64,000 nt of DNA from an uncultured Gammaproteobacteria bacterium (GCA_964383765.1 CAYLHT010000004.1:3539-67538), one strand, 5' to 3'. Shown: positions 9,155-18,923, counted from the first letter of the stretch. Notes: generated from the letters alone by a model not told the origin. Numbers and translations are program-made.

Positions 9155-9883
9155 TTAGTAGGTTGGACTGGAGGCGCCGTGTGCAAAGATAGAGACGAGA
9201 ATCGAAAGCAGGAGAAAGGCGCCCCCGATGCAGAAGATGACAATCCCCCAGATGCCCCACTGTCGCTGGACCTGTTTAAACTGATCGACGCTCTCCCAGC
9301 GGCCGGCTTTCCAGGCCCACTCGTTACCTTTGATCCCTAGGACAATCCACCAAACGTAACTGAGAACTGGAACGAAGCTTAAGAGAGATAACCAAACGCT
9401 ATGTGAGATTCCCCAAATCCAGGTTAAGCCGGCTGCTCCCCAGTTCCAACCCTCGATCTCAGGCGGCACCACCGACGCATCCCCTTTGCCTGACCGTTCG
9501 TCATAGTGACTATCGGGAGCAATGGTTTTTTTATTCAAGAACACGATGCCGAGAGGGACAAAGACAAAGATGCCGATCACCCCGAGGAGCGCCACGAGCC
9601 CGAGAATAAGATTGATAATTTTTATTACTGTCGTGCCGAGCGTTACCGAATCGCCACTCGGATTGGTCGTCCGCGAAATAAAAATGACAATCGCCCAAAT
9701 GAACAGTGTGGCAACCAGGGTCAGGAACGGCAACAGGATAAAAAATATTCCGAGTTTTTTATTTTTGTTCGAGACGACCATCGCAGTATTCTGCGGGGGT
9801 TTTGGAACTTCTGTAGTAGTTGATTTTTTGGTTGGGCTCATGACAATACGATACGACAGCAACCGATCAGTGTAAAGGGCCAC
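9155..9883 (-). CDS. Hypothetical integral membrane protein (Trp-rich C-terminal half). The true start may be the internal Met at 9841
   Basis: Multiple TM helices and WxW-rich segments. No clear SD at either candidate start. Confidence 0.45.
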   Translation of the reverse strand: MALYTDRLLSYRIVMSPTKKSTTTEVPKPPQNTAMVVSNKNKKLGIFFILLPFLTLVATLFIWAIVIFISRTTNPSGDSVTLGTTVIKIINLILGLVALLGVIGIFVFVPLGIVFLNKKTIAPDSHYDERSGKGDASVVPPEIEGWNWGAAGLTWIWGISHSVWLSLLSFVPVLSYVWWIVLGIKGNEWAWKAGRWESVDQFKQVQRQWGIWGIVIFCIGGAFLLLSILVSIFAHGASSPTY

Positions 9884-9989
9884 TTGCCTTTGATGGATCC
9901 CTCTTTAAGACTTGACTTTCCTATTCTTTCAGGTAAGGTCTCGTCGTTAAGCCGACATCGCGCCGTCCAACCCTTTCAAGGAGTATCCC

Positions 9990-10382
9990 ATGGCCATGGA
10001 TTGGAAGCTACGCTCGTTCTGGAACGTCTATCAGCGACTGGCGCCCTTGATTGGACCGGTGCACATCGTCCGGCTCAACCCAGCCGATGGTCGCCAGCCG
10101 GTCATGCTGTGTCAACGCCTCGGCGTTCGGCTCGTCACCCGCCAGGAATACCTGGATGCCGTCTCGTCCGGTCTGACCCACGCTCCCGGATTTCCGATCG
10201 CCGTTGCTGACCTGTTCTACGACAACTGGGGTGATACGATCCGACATGGCTACTTCGTCAACCCCTACCCGAGCCCTCGTCCCGCCTGGGCCGATGAGTA
10301 CTACAATTGGAGGCAACGTCGCGTCAGACGGCCGTTCCATCAGCTCTGGCGTTTCGCCGTCGCTCGGGTGGCCACTGTGTAG
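9990..10382 (+). CDS. Hypothetical protein in a GC-rich, foreign-looking module
   Basis: Upstream TTGACT-16-TAAGGT promoter-like element and an AGGAG SD 7 nt before the ATG. High-GC codon usage. No known domain. Confidence 0.5.
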   Translation: MAMDWKLRSFWNVYQRLAPLIGPVHIVRLNPADGRQPVMLCQRLGVRLVTRQEYLDAVSSGLTHAPGFPIAVADLFYDNWGDTIRHGYFVNPYPSPRPAWADEYYNWRQRRVRRPFHQLWRFAVARVATV

Positions 10383-10450
10383 CCATCAACCACCGCTTGG
10401 TTTCATGACCTGGCGGTGTTTTATTGCTTGCACCTTTCGTTCCGTTGAAA

Positions 10451-11431
10451 CTAGTCTACGTGGATTCGTTTACGATAATCAGCAATCATGGGAATCCGAC
10501 TGACATACCCTGGATACATATCGACATAATGCCCGCGCAGGTCTTCTGGCTTCTGCCCGCCATACCGACCGGCCAGCCGCTCGTACTCGAAGGCCGGCGT
10601 TGTGAGATCGCCGCCCCGCACCCATTTTTCGCGTAATCCGGTGGATCCAATCGGTCCATGCGCCTCGATCGCTCCGATCCAGATCCGTCCCTCGCCATCG
10701 CGGCAAAAAATGTAGGTAAATTTTTCATCGTTCGAAGGCAGAGCCTCCATCTCGACCGGTCCGTATAAGGTTGTCGACTGACGCCAACGCTGTCCGTGGG
10801 CACGCATATTTGGCATCTGATTGAGATCGGAGAGCTTGACCTTCTCCGGTTCAAGTTTTCCACCCACCCGAAAGTATTCTCCGGTTAACTCAATCGCTCG
10901 ACGGTCGACCTGATTCCGGTAGGTTTGGGATCGATCAATCGCGTGCGCCGTTCCAGCTAAAACTAAGTCTGGATGTTCAAGTTCCAGGGCTGATCGTCCG
11001 CTGATGTCTGCCAACCCAGGCTGCACTAACGTAGGAACAGTGACGCTTTCTTCACTGTACCCTTTCGAGTACCACTCCACCTTTCCATCGTGTGAGGTGT
11101 AGGTAGGTAAATAGCGCCACAGCCCGTGAGAGTTACTTAAGTAATAGCTGCGAGCGACGACGTTCCCTTGGTGTTCAATATACGCCACGACCGCCTTCCG
11201 ACCTTCATGCAATGCGTATGGATCAGACGACAGCCAACGAACGCCCTCTGACTCGGCCAATTGATGGCGCGGTTGTAAGGATAATTCGCGCAACGTGGCC
11301 TGGTCGAGCTCAACCCCATAAAACGGATCGCCGTGGATTTCGGTTCGTTTAAGAGTCTCAGCTTGCTCCGCCAGCGAAAGTTCTTGAACGGCCTCGGGTG
11401 GCAGTGATGGTTGGGGTTCACGTTCGGACAT
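10451..11431 (-). CDS. Hypothetical protein in the same GC-rich module, convergent with the previous gene
   Basis: 326-aa ORF with high GC third positions. No recognised domain. Confidence 0.5.
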   Translation of the reverse strand: MSEREPQPSLPPEAVQELSLAEQAETLKRTEIHGDPFYGVELDQATLRELSLQPRHQLAESEGVRWLSSDPYALHEGRKAVVAYIEHQGNVVARSYYLSNSHGLWRYLPTYTSHDGKVEWYSKGYSEESVTVPTLVQPGLADISGRSALELEHPDLVLAGTAHAIDRSQTYRNQVDRRAIELTGEYFRVGGKLEPEKVKLSDLNQMPNMRAHGQRWRQSTTLYGPVEMEALPSNDEKFTYIFCRDGEGRIWIGAIEAHGPIGSTGLREKWVRGGDLTTPAFEYERLAGRYGGQKPEDLRGHYVDMYPGYVSRIPMIADYRKRIHVD

Positions 11432-11549
11432 GGATCTGAGTATACACCAATTCAGAATACTACGAGCTGATCAAAGCATCAGAATGGATCCTGCCGATAA
11501 CCGTTGACTATTTGAACGCTTTTAGTTATTCTTGCTTACTGAAAAGTAT

Positions 11550-11621
11550 GGGTCCCTAACTCAATGGTAGAGTATCAGCCTTTTAAGCTGAGAGTTCTGG
11601 GTTCGAATCCCAGGGGACCCA
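11550..11621 (+). tRNA. tRNA-Lys (anticodon UUU)
   Basis: Cloverleaf: acceptor GGGTCCC/GGGACCC, D-arm ACTC/GAGT, anticodon stem TCAGC/GCTGA with loop CTTTTAA, T-arm CTGGG-TTCGAAT-CCCAG, discriminator A. CCA is not encoded. Confidence 0.85.
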
Positions 11622-11784
11622 CTAACGTCGGCGAAACCGACATTAATAATTTACTGCGTAGTCCGGGTACGGTCACAAAACTGTGCCCCTGGGACGAGAA
11701 GGGTTGAAGTGAGCTAGTCGAGCCAGGCTCGACGCAGCGAACGATCGGCGAGTTGCCGGTGGCAAGTCGCCGCAACCCAGGACA

Positions 11785-11806
11785 GAGTCCCAGGGGGGGC
11801 CACTAA
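11785..11806 (+). repeat. Partial direct repeat of the tRNA-Lys 3' end (gagtcccagggggggccactaa versus gaatcccaggggacccactaa); possible degenerate att remnant
   Basis: About 19/22 identity to tRNA positions 11600-11626, 165 nt downstream of the tRNA. Several small hairpins lie between them. Confidence 0.25.
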
Positions 11807-11859
11807 TTGAGACAACTTTTTAAGAAATCGCCGAATCTCGGCGAAGGTCTGCATAAACA

Positions 11860-12429
11860 ATGAGTTCGAAAAAGACTCAGGGCCAGGCGCCAGAACGGAG
11901 AATAATAAAGCTAAGAGCTGAGATCGAATCGATTGAGTCTTTCTTTTATGGTGCCAAAGATGGCGATAATGATGATGCTTTCTTCATGTTGAAGATAAAA
12001 CGAGACAATGTTATCAGAGGCATGATATTGGAGTTACATTTATCAATCGAAGATCTACTCAATGGCGTCATCAAAAGCCACATTCTAAGTACAAAGACTG
12101 GGAAAGAGCTGGTTGCTTCTTCAGCGGTTGACGAGTTGCTTGTTGGTGAGAGGGCGATGGGTTTTAAGCAGAAAATAATCTATCTGAAAGCTGCATCATT
12201 GATTCGGCCTCAACTTTTCAATGACTTAGATACATTAAACCGACTAAGGAATAAAGCAGGGCACAATTGGACACTAAATCGCGTTATTAGAAAAAAGATA
12301 AAGCGGAATAAGAGGAAAAGGCCATTGCTTGAATATAAGGGTCGTAATTTGTATCAACATGAAGTCATCAAGGAATTTATTGCCCACTACGGAAGGATTT
12401 ATTATCGCTTGTGGCTGAAATTCGCTTGA
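11860..12429 (+). CDS. HEPN-like domain protein (possible Abi/toxin-type RNase) in an AT-rich segment next to tRNA-Lys
   Basis: 189 aa. C-terminal RLRNKAGHN fits the HEPN Rx4-6H motif. AT-rich codon usage contrasts with the neighbours. Confidence 0.4.
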   Translation: MSSKKTQGQAPERRIIKLRAEIESIESFFYGAKDGDNDDAFFMLKIKRDNVIRGMILELHLSIEDLLNGVIKSHILSTKTGKELVASSAVDELLVGERAMGFKQKIIYLKAASLIRPQLFNDLDTLNRLRNKAGHNWTLNRVIRKKIKRNKRKRPLLEYKGRNLYQHEVIKEFIAHYGRIYYRLWLKFA

Positions 12430-12548
12430 AATCATTCAGCTTGGGTCAATCAGTCCGATACAGTGGTGGAAAGTAGAAGTCATCGGCTTCAAACAACCAA
12501 GTTCGAAGACGGATGCAAGAGGGTTCACCGTTCGGTATATCACGGGCT

Positions 12549-14144
12549 TTACGGCAACCGATAAATCGTCACGTGCGGCCCGCGACGGAGTTTCAGGTCG
12601 AGGGTGCGTAAGACTGACCAATCGCTCGCATAGAGTAATTGATTATTGTTCCAATCAGGATTTGGGTACGGCGGGAAATCAGCTGCCACCTTGGTTTGGG
12701 TGATCACGTTATCATACCCAGCCGCCACGTGTGCATACGACGAATCAGCGCCGTACCGATCAGCGGTGCGTGCGAGTGCACTTCGACTCCCAGCCGCGAT
12801 TAACACATGTTCATTGTGTTGCTGATAATATGTCGGCGGATGGAGACCGAGGGAACTTGTCGTAATGACCGTATAGCGATCACTCAAGACCGGACCATAC
12901 GGTTCGACGACTAGGGTTGAACCAGCCGGAACATTTTCCAGTACCCATTCTCGAGCTTGTTCAGCGGTGTGCGATAATTGAAATCCAACCACCGTCCGCC
13001 CTAAACGAACTGCCGGAGCAATGAAAACGAGTGCGAGCACGACGAATACGAGCGCACGTGGTTTGACTAAGTGCCAGAACCAGACTAACCCAGCGGCCAT
13101 TGGCACTGTCAGTAGTGTCGTGACCGGAATCATCCACCGATCCCAAGACTGGCTGGTCAAACTGATCGTCGCAATGTAGATCAACGCGGCGATGAATGGG
13201 ACGTCAATCCACGCGTGCCATCCTTTTTTTGTACTCCAAAGATATGACCCTAAACCTAGCAGGGCTAATCCAGTCCCAAGCTCCCAATTCAGCGCCTTGA
13301 AATAATTCATTAAATTATGCCACGGGCCAAGATCAGTATGAATGTTGTGATGCTGAATGATTTCTAAAGCTAAGTCGTGTGCGGCTCGCAGGGGTGTGAT
13401 AAATAAAAACGGTGCAGTCACAAAGATCGTAGTGAATGCAACCAAGCCGGCAACTGCCCAACGTCGCCAGATCATCCGGCCATGCCGCCACAGATGAACC
13501 CAAACGACGGGCAATCCGATCAGGAGTAATACCGAAGTAAACTTTTCGGTGATTGCCAGCCCGAAAGCAACCGCACCGACGAACCAGTCTCGACTCGATT
13601 TCGTTCCTTCTAAGATTCGAATCATGACCGAGACCGCGATGAGCAGGAATGTCGTTTGCCAAATGTCTGGCCGGATGACGTGACTGTGGTCAATCAAGTA
13701 GAAATTGAACCCGACCAGCGCGGCGGCGGTTAGACCCACGGCCGGTGAATAGCGCCGGCCGAGCTTGTACACCAATCCGACCGCCACCGTTCCCATCATG
13801 GCTGACAACAATCTGCCGAGCACAATGAACGGCGTTGGGTTTTGACGAAAGGCCTGAGCAGCCGAGAGATGGGTATGGTCAGCAATATTCATTGCTGAAT
13901 TCCAGATCCCCCATACAAAACCCGTGATGTAAATTTGCGGTTGAGCCGGCGCGCCGAACCAACCCGGATTCAATCCCCCGTTCGCAATCCGGAGCGCCGG
14001 GGTGGTGAAGAACGGCTCATCAGTAAATGACAGTCTCGGTAAACCGTACCCAATCTGCCAAATCCGCAAACCAAAACTAACGACAATAATTAGGACTAAC
14101 CACCGAGTGGCAGTTGACCAGCGTTGCGGATTGAATTGGATCAT
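12549..14144 (-). CDS. ArnT/PMT-family (GT39/GT83-like) membrane glycosyltransferase
   Basis: 531 aa, about 12 TM helices. The N-terminal RIWQIGYGLP...DEPFF region is typical of dolichyl-phosphate-mannose/ArnT-like transferases. Confidence 0.55.
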   Translation of the reverse strand: MIQFNPQRWSTATRWLVLIIVVSFGLRIWQIGYGLPRLSFTDEPFFTTPALRIANGGLNPGWFGAPAQPQIYITGFVWGIWNSAMNIADHTHLSAAQAFRQNPTPFIVLGRLLSAMMGTVAVGLVYKLGRRYSPAVGLTAAALVGFNFYLIDHSHVIRPDIWQTTFLLIAVSVMIRILEGTKSSRDWFVGAVAFGLAITEKFTSVLLLIGLPVVWVHLWRHGRMIWRRWAVAGLVAFTTIFVTAPFLFITPLRAAHDLALEIIQHHNIHTDLGPWHNLMNYFKALNWELGTGLALLGLGSYLWSTKKGWHAWIDVPFIAALIYIATISLTSQSWDRWMIPVTTLLTVPMAAGLVWFWHLVKPRALVFVVLALVFIAPAVRLGRTVVGFQLSHTAEQAREWVLENVPAGSTLVVEPYGPVLSDRYTVITTSSLGLHPPTYYQQHNEHVLIAAGSRSALARTADRYGADSSYAHVAAGYDNVITQTKVAADFPPYPNPDWNNNQLLYASDWSVLRTLDLKLRRGPHVTIYRLP

Positions 14145-14698
14145 GTCCGTGCCGGACTCGATTGCTTGGCCCGGTCAATCAATTTGTAAAAGATTTCGCG
14201 GGTGGTGACGACGTCGACTAAAGCGCGGTGGGCGCTGAGTTGCGGAACCTTGAGATAAGCCGCGACATTACCGAGTCGGTAGCTGGCCAATAAAAGATAT
14301 CGCTTGGCGATGTCGAGTGTGTCAATGGTTTGGTTTGTCAGCGCTGGCCGGCCGAGACGCTGCAAATGGGCGTTAATAAAGCCAATATCAAACGGCGCGT
14401 TATGGGCAATGATAATAGCTGGGCCGATGAAATCAACCAATTCTGGGATGACGTCATCTGCTGCCCGACCTTCAGTTTGCAAGAGTTCATCGGTAATGCC
14501 ATTCTTGGCGTGAAAGGCTACAACATCGATGGGAAGTGGGCGAGAGGGTTTGATGAGGTGCACAAATTCCCCCACGACGTCCCGACCACGGATTTTTTGG
14601 GCGCCGATTTCAATGACTTCGTGACCTTTGGCCGGTTCCAGGCCGGTGGTTTCGACGTCGAGCACCACGAATTCAGATGGTAGGCTGACTAGTGACAT
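14141..14698 (-). CDS. DEDDh 3'-5' exonuclease, DNA polymerase III epsilon-like
   Basis: Exo I VVLDVETTGL, Exo II IIIAHNAPFD and Exo III HRALVDV motifs. 185 aa. Confidence 0.75.
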   Translation of the reverse strand: MSLVSLPSEFVVLDVETTGLEPAKGHEVIEIGAQKIRGRDVVGEFVHLIKPSRPLPIDVVAFHAKNGITDELLQTEGRAADDVIPELVDFIGPAIIIAHNAPFDIGFINAHLQRLGRPALTNQTIDTLDIAKRYLLLASYRLGNVAAYLKVPQLSAHRALVDVVTTREIFYKLIDRAKQSSPART

Positions 14699-14818
14699 AG
14701 GTTAGGATGATACGTGAAAACTAGCCAGTTTTCAACGGCAATGTGGATGGTCATCGGGGAAAAGTTGGGTACAGGGGGCGTTGTCTGACCTCTGCCTTTC
14801 CAGTACACTACGTGGGCT

Positions 14819-16186
14819 ATGGCCGACGCGATGACCGAACTGAAAACCCCGCCCCAAGCCTTGGAAGCTGAGCAGGCGGCGTTGGGGTCGTTACTCATCG
14901 ATAAAGACGCAATCGTCCGGATTGCCGACTTGGTCAGTCCGGAAGACTTTTACAGCGATAAGCACCGTTTGGTGTTTGACGCCATGTTAACGCTCTATCA
15001 AAAACACGAACCGATTGACATCGTTTCGCTCTCAACGGTCCTGCAAGAACGCGGTCAATTAGACACTATCGGCGGACGGAGTTTCCTCGTGTCGTTGTCC
15101 AACGCGGTCCCAACCGCCGCCAATGTCATTCAATACGCAAAAATAATCCAGAAGAAATCGACCTTACGCCGGTTGTTGTCGGCGGCCACCAGCATGGTTC
15201 AACTCGGTCACCAGGAAACCGAAGATGTCAGCACGCTCCTCGATCAAGCCGAGCAATCACTGTTCAGCGTTTCCCAGCGCTACCTCAAGCAAAACTTCAT
15301 CAACATTCGTGACATTCTCGATGAAGCCTTTGACCGAATTGATAAACTCCATCACGAGGGCGGCGGGTTGCGCGGCATCCCAACTGGCTTCACCCAGCTT
15401 GACAACATTCTCGGCGGATTACAAAAATCCGATTTGATTGTGTTGGCGGCGCGGCCGAGCGTTGGGAAAACCTCGTTAGCGCTTGATATTGCCCGCCACG
15501 TTGGCATTACCAGCAAGCTACCGGTCGGTGTTTTCAGCTTAGAAATGTCGAAAGAACAACTGGTCGATCGCTTGTTGTCATCGCAAGCTGACGTTGAGCT
15601 TTGGAAAATGCGCACTGGCCGCTTGAAAGATGACGAAGACTTTCAACGGATAGGTCATGCCATGGGTTTGCTGGCCGAAGCGCCGATCTACATCGATGAC
15701 AGCGCCACCTCGAATATTCTGGAAATCCGCACCAAGGCCCGACGATTACAAGCTGAGCATAAAGGCTTAGGACTAATCGTGATCGATTACCTCCAGTTGA
15801 TGGAAAGCCGTTCCGGAGAAAACCGAACCCAGGAAATCTCGGAAATTACGCGCGGTTTAAAATCGATTGCGCGCGAGCTGAATGTACCAGTCTTAGCACT
15901 TTCACAGTTGTCCCGTGCAGTTGAAGCCGAACGCCCACCAATTCCAAAACTTGCCCACCTTCGCGAATCCGGTTCGATTGAGCAGGATGCGGACGTGGTG
16001 CTCTTCATTTACCGCCCGGCGGTCTACGATCCAGACATCGAAGCCGAGAAAAAGAATTTGGCGGAAATCTTTGTGGCCAAGCACCGCAACGGCCCGACTG
16101 GTAGAGTCAGACTCTCATTCATCGAACGCCGCGCCTCCTTTGACAATCGTGAGGAACGGATGGATGAGTCGCAGTTTGGATCGTAG
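14819..16186 (+). CDS. dnaB: Replicative DNA helicase DnaB
   Basis: Walker A ARPSVGKTS, LPVGVFSLEMSKEQL, and a RecA-like C-terminal domain. 455 aa. Confidence 0.85.
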   Translation: MADAMTELKTPPQALEAEQAALGSLLIDKDAIVRIADLVSPEDFYSDKHRLVFDAMLTLYQKHEPIDIVSLSTVLQERGQLDTIGGRSFLVSLSNAVPTAANVIQYAKIIQKKSTLRRLLSAATSMVQLGHQETEDVSTLLDQAEQSLFSVSQRYLKQNFINIRDILDEAFDRIDKLHHEGGGLRGIPTGFTQLDNILGGLQKSDLIVLAARPSVGKTSLALDIARHVGITSKLPVGVFSLEMSKEQLVDRLLSSQADVELWKMRTGRLKDDEDFQRIGHAMGLLAEAPIYIDDSATSNILEIRTKARRLQAEHKGLGLIVIDYLQLMESRSGENRTQEISEITRGLKSIARELNVPVLALSQLSRAVEAERPPIPKLAHLRESGSIEQDADVVLFIYRPAVYDPDIEAEKKNLAEIFVAKHRNGPTGRVRLSFIERRASFDNREERMDESQFGS

Positions 16187-16187
16187 T

Positions 16188-16267
16188 TGTCATTTCGAGC
16201 GAAGCGAGAAATCTACTTTGTGCAGTTCGTCCGGCTAGATTTCTCGCCCGTTGGGCTCGAAATGACA
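16188..16267. repeat. MITE/REP-like imperfect palindromic element, copy 2
   Basis: ttgtcatttcgagcgaagcgagaaatcta ... tagatttctcgcccgttgggctcgaaatgaca. The right arm is nearly identical to copy 1. Sits between the dnaB stop and the ybaB start. Confidence 0.6.
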
Positions 16268-16268
16268 A

Positions 16269-16595
16269 ATGGTGCTATACTCTAGATCTATGGCAATGTT
16301 TTCGAAGTTAAAGCAGTACAAAGACCTGCGTGATCAAGCCAAGACCATGCAGAATGCCTTGGCGGACGAAACCGTCTACGCCGACGCGAATGGCGGCAAG
16401 GTCCAAATTGTGATGGACGGCAATCAGCACATCAACGGCGTCCAGATTGATCCCGAGTATCTCAAGTCTGAGAAAAAACAGTCGCTGGAAAAAGATTTGC
16501 GGTCGGCCTTTAACGATGCGGTCAAAAAATCTCAAATGGCCATGGCCAAGAAGGCCAAGGAAATGGGTAATCTGAATTTGCCCGGGTTGTCCTAA
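16269..16595 (+). CDS. ybaB: Nucleoid-associated protein YbaB/EbfC
   Basis: MFSKLKQYKDLRDQAKTMQNALADETV...NGVQIDPEYL matches the YbaB family. A TATACT -10-like box at 16276-16281 suggests the true start may be the internal Met at 16290. Confidence 0.75.
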   Translation: MVLYSRSMAMFSKLKQYKDLRDQAKTMQNALADETVYADANGGKVQIVMDGNQHINGVQIDPEYLKSEKKQSLEKDLRSAFNDAVKKSQMAMAKKAKEMGNLNLPGLS

Positions 16596-16597
16596 CC

Positions 16598-17197
16598 ATG
16601 CCGCAGTATCCGCCGGCGATTGACCGGCTGTTAAAAGCACTCACGAGTTTGCCAGGTGTCGGTCCTAAAACTGCCGAACGGTATGTATTTTCATTACTTC
16701 GCCAATCGCCTCAACGTTTACATGAACTAGCCGAGTCGGTCGAACACCTGCGCGATTCGATTGTGGCGTGCCAACGATGTCATAACTTCGACCAACAATC
16801 CCCCTGCCAGTACTGCCAAGACTCGAAGCGTGACCAACACACGATTTGTGTCGTGACTGATGCACCGGACGTGATTGCCATTGAGCACAGCGGCGTGTAT
16901 CACGGGCTGTATCACGTCCTCGGTGGTACTGTCAGTCCAATGGAAGGCCGCGGACCGGAACAATTGTTCATCAAGGATTTACTGGATCGCATCCCTAAAG
17001 AAGAGGTTACCGAAGTGATTCTGGCAGTCAATCCGGACATTGAGGGTGAAACCACGGCGCTCTACCTGAAAAAAGCCTTAAAAGAATCTGGGGTCAAAGT
17101 CACGCAACTCGCCCGCGGTATTCCAACTGGTGGGGACGTGACGTATTTAGATGAAACAACATTGGCCGAGGCGATTAGTCACCGGCAGGCGGCGTAA
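16598..17197 (+). CDS. recR: Recombination protein RecR
   Basis: HhH motif LPGVGPKTAERY, C4 zinc finger CQRCHN...CQYC and a Toprim domain. 199 aa. Confidence 0.85.
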   Translation: MPQYPPAIDRLLKALTSLPGVGPKTAERYVFSLLRQSPQRLHELAESVEHLRDSIVACQRCHNFDQQSPCQYCQDSKRDQHTICVVTDAPDVIAIEHSGVYHGLYHVLGGTVSPMEGRGPEQLFIKDLLDRIPKEEVTEVILAVNPDIEGETTALYLKKALKESGVKVTQLARGIPTGGDVTYLDETTLAEAISHRQAA

Positions 17198-17203
17198 AAC
17201 TCC

Positions 17204-18556
17204 CTAGTCCGCGAAGAATGGATACACTGTTCGGCCGCCATCAATTTCTTTTATGGTCGACAATTTTTTTGACGTCGTGTTGTACGCATTAAATATCACT
17301 TTCATCGTTACATTATCTCTTGGAACCGGGTACCGGATTGAAGTTTCAAAAACAAAAATACTTCCATTCGATGGGAAAGCGGGGTATTGATCCCATTGTA
17401 GAGAAGACGTATTGGGGTCGAATTTCGGTTCCTCAAAAAACTTGGTCGCTGTTCCTGTAGTAACATCGATTACGTAACCGCTATGAGAAAAGCTGAGAAC
17501 CAGTTGACTGTTATTATTAAACCATTCGAGGTTATAGATATAGCCAAGTACGTTTTCCGGCGATGCATCCTTAACATCACTTAATGTAAGTGTCAGGCTA
17601 GGGGTTGTGATATTCGGTAGATCAAAGATGTGTATTTTTAAGGGGGAGCTGTCTGGTACCGGAATAGCCATTTTTTTGCCGTCCGATGAAAAGGCTGGTC
17701 CCGAGTTGTTGCCATAATCCGCTGATTTAACCTTTGATCCGTCCTGTTGGGAGATGCGGGTAACTGGGCTCGCGCTTCCAATCCCTTCGCCGGCCCGATG
17801 GGTGTACAAAAAGCCGTTCTCTTGATCCCACAGATCATAGAAAGTATCCAGATTAGATGGCCCCAGTATGATTTGGTCGGTTAAAAAAGTATAGGTATAA
17901 TATTTGCTTGATACTGGATTCGGACCGGCGAACTCACTTTTATAGGCTTCCGAGTTTTTATCGAACTTGGCATACTGCACAATGACCTGGTGCAAGTCAG
18001 AGGAGTAGACATACGGACCGACCACTTCATAGACGGTTTCGCCGGTCAGTGGGTTCGGGAGGCTCGTGGATTGGATGGTGTTTTTTTCTCGATCCCACAG
18101 CCAAATTTTTCCATTGCCCTGTAACCAAGCCAAACGATATTGATCAAAGGTCAACCGAGTGTACCCAGCAGGGGTCGTTTCTGGATTTGAAGCTTTACCA
18201 TCATAGGTAATCGTTTGCAGCGTGTTGATAGTCTCGCTCCCGGTTGCTTGGGTGGAGTAGAAAATTCGTCCTGACCCGAGTGGCTGTTGATTGATTCTGC
18301 TGATGCTGGTGTTGGTAACCACTGGGACATTTTCATTTTGAAAGAATTCGCACGGATTCTCGACGGTCCCGCCTAAACACGGTGCATTATTATTTTTATT
18401 GTGAGTCGGGAAAAGTTCATCGATCGACGCGGGTTGAACTGAGTCTGGGGACCACGGCCATTTCAATCCCGGTGTCACCGCCCAGTACACAAGCACAATA
18501 AACCCAGCAATGGCCAAGGCCATCACAGCGATCGGGAGAATATTGCCTTTGCGCAT
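17204..18556 (-). CDS. Hypothetical secreted/membrane-anchored protein, possibly beta-propeller-like
   Basis: N-terminal TM helix, then a 420-aa region rich in Ser/Thr/Gly with repeated WD-like segments. No confident domain. Confidence 0.4.
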   Translation of the reverse strand: MRKGNILPIAVMALAIAGFIVLVYWAVTPGLKWPWSPDSVQPASIDELFPTHNKNNNAPCLGGTVENPCEFFQNENVPVVTNTSISRINQQPLGSGRIFYSTQATGSETINTLQTITYDGKASNPETTPAGYTRLTFDQYRLAWLQGNGKIWLWDREKNTIQSTSLPNPLTGETVYEVVGPYVYSSDLHQVIVQYAKFDKNSEAYKSEFAGPNPVSSKYYTYTFLTDQIILGPSNLDTFYDLWDQENGFLYTHRAGEGIGSASPVTRISQQDGSKVKSADYGNNSGPAFSSDGKKMAIPVPDSSPLKIHIFDLPNITTPSLTLTLSDVKDASPENVLGYIYNLEWFNNNSQLVLSFSHSGYVIDVTTGTATKFFEEPKFDPNTSSLQWDQYPAFPSNGSIFVFETSIRYPVPRDNVTMKVIFNAYNTTSKKLSTIKEIDGGRTVYPFFAD

Positions 18557-18580
18557 TGGTTTTACCTATACACAGTCTAT

Positions 18581-18604
18581 CACAAAACTCCCCTGGCGGG
18601 GAGA
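18581..18604 (-). terminator. Rho-independent terminator downstream of rplU
   Basis: Minus-strand hairpin CTCCCCGCCAGGGGAG followed by TTTTGTGAT. Confidence 0.5.
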
Positions 18605-18608
18605 TTGG

Positions 18609-18923
18609 TTAGGCTGAGATCTTCTCGATTTTGACGGTCGTGAAGTCCTGTCGATGGCCAAAGGTCCGGCGGTAGCGAACCTTATTATGGAACTTCACGC
18701 CGGTGACTTTTGAGTCGCGACCATGCGTAACGACTTTGGCGGTAACTTTCGCGCCGGCAACCAAAGGTTGGCCGACAGTCGTCTCTTTGTCTGAGGTGAG
18801 CAAGACATCGGTGAAATCCACGGTTTTGCCCGGTTCCGTCTTCAGTTTCTCAACCTGAAGCGTTTGACCAGGGCTAACGCGGTACTGTTTCCCGCCAGTG
18901 CGGATGATAGCGAACATAAGCAA
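18609..18923 (-). CDS. rplU: 50S ribosomal protein L21
   Basis: MFAIIRTGGKQYRV... is the canonical L21 N-terminus. Confidence 0.85.
   Translation of the reverse strand: MLMFAIIRTGGKQYRVSPGQTLQVEKLKTEPGKTVDFTDVLLTSDKETTVGQPLVAGAKVTAKVVTHGRDSKVTGVKFHNKVRYRRTFGHRQDFTTVKIEKISA

Noticed and set aside
9884-10210. 108-aa plus-strand ORF overlapping the 9990..10382 gene
   Set aside because: Different frame. It contains the promoter and SD of the 9990 gene, and its Arg/Pro/Ser-rich translation is typical of spurious high-GC ORFs.
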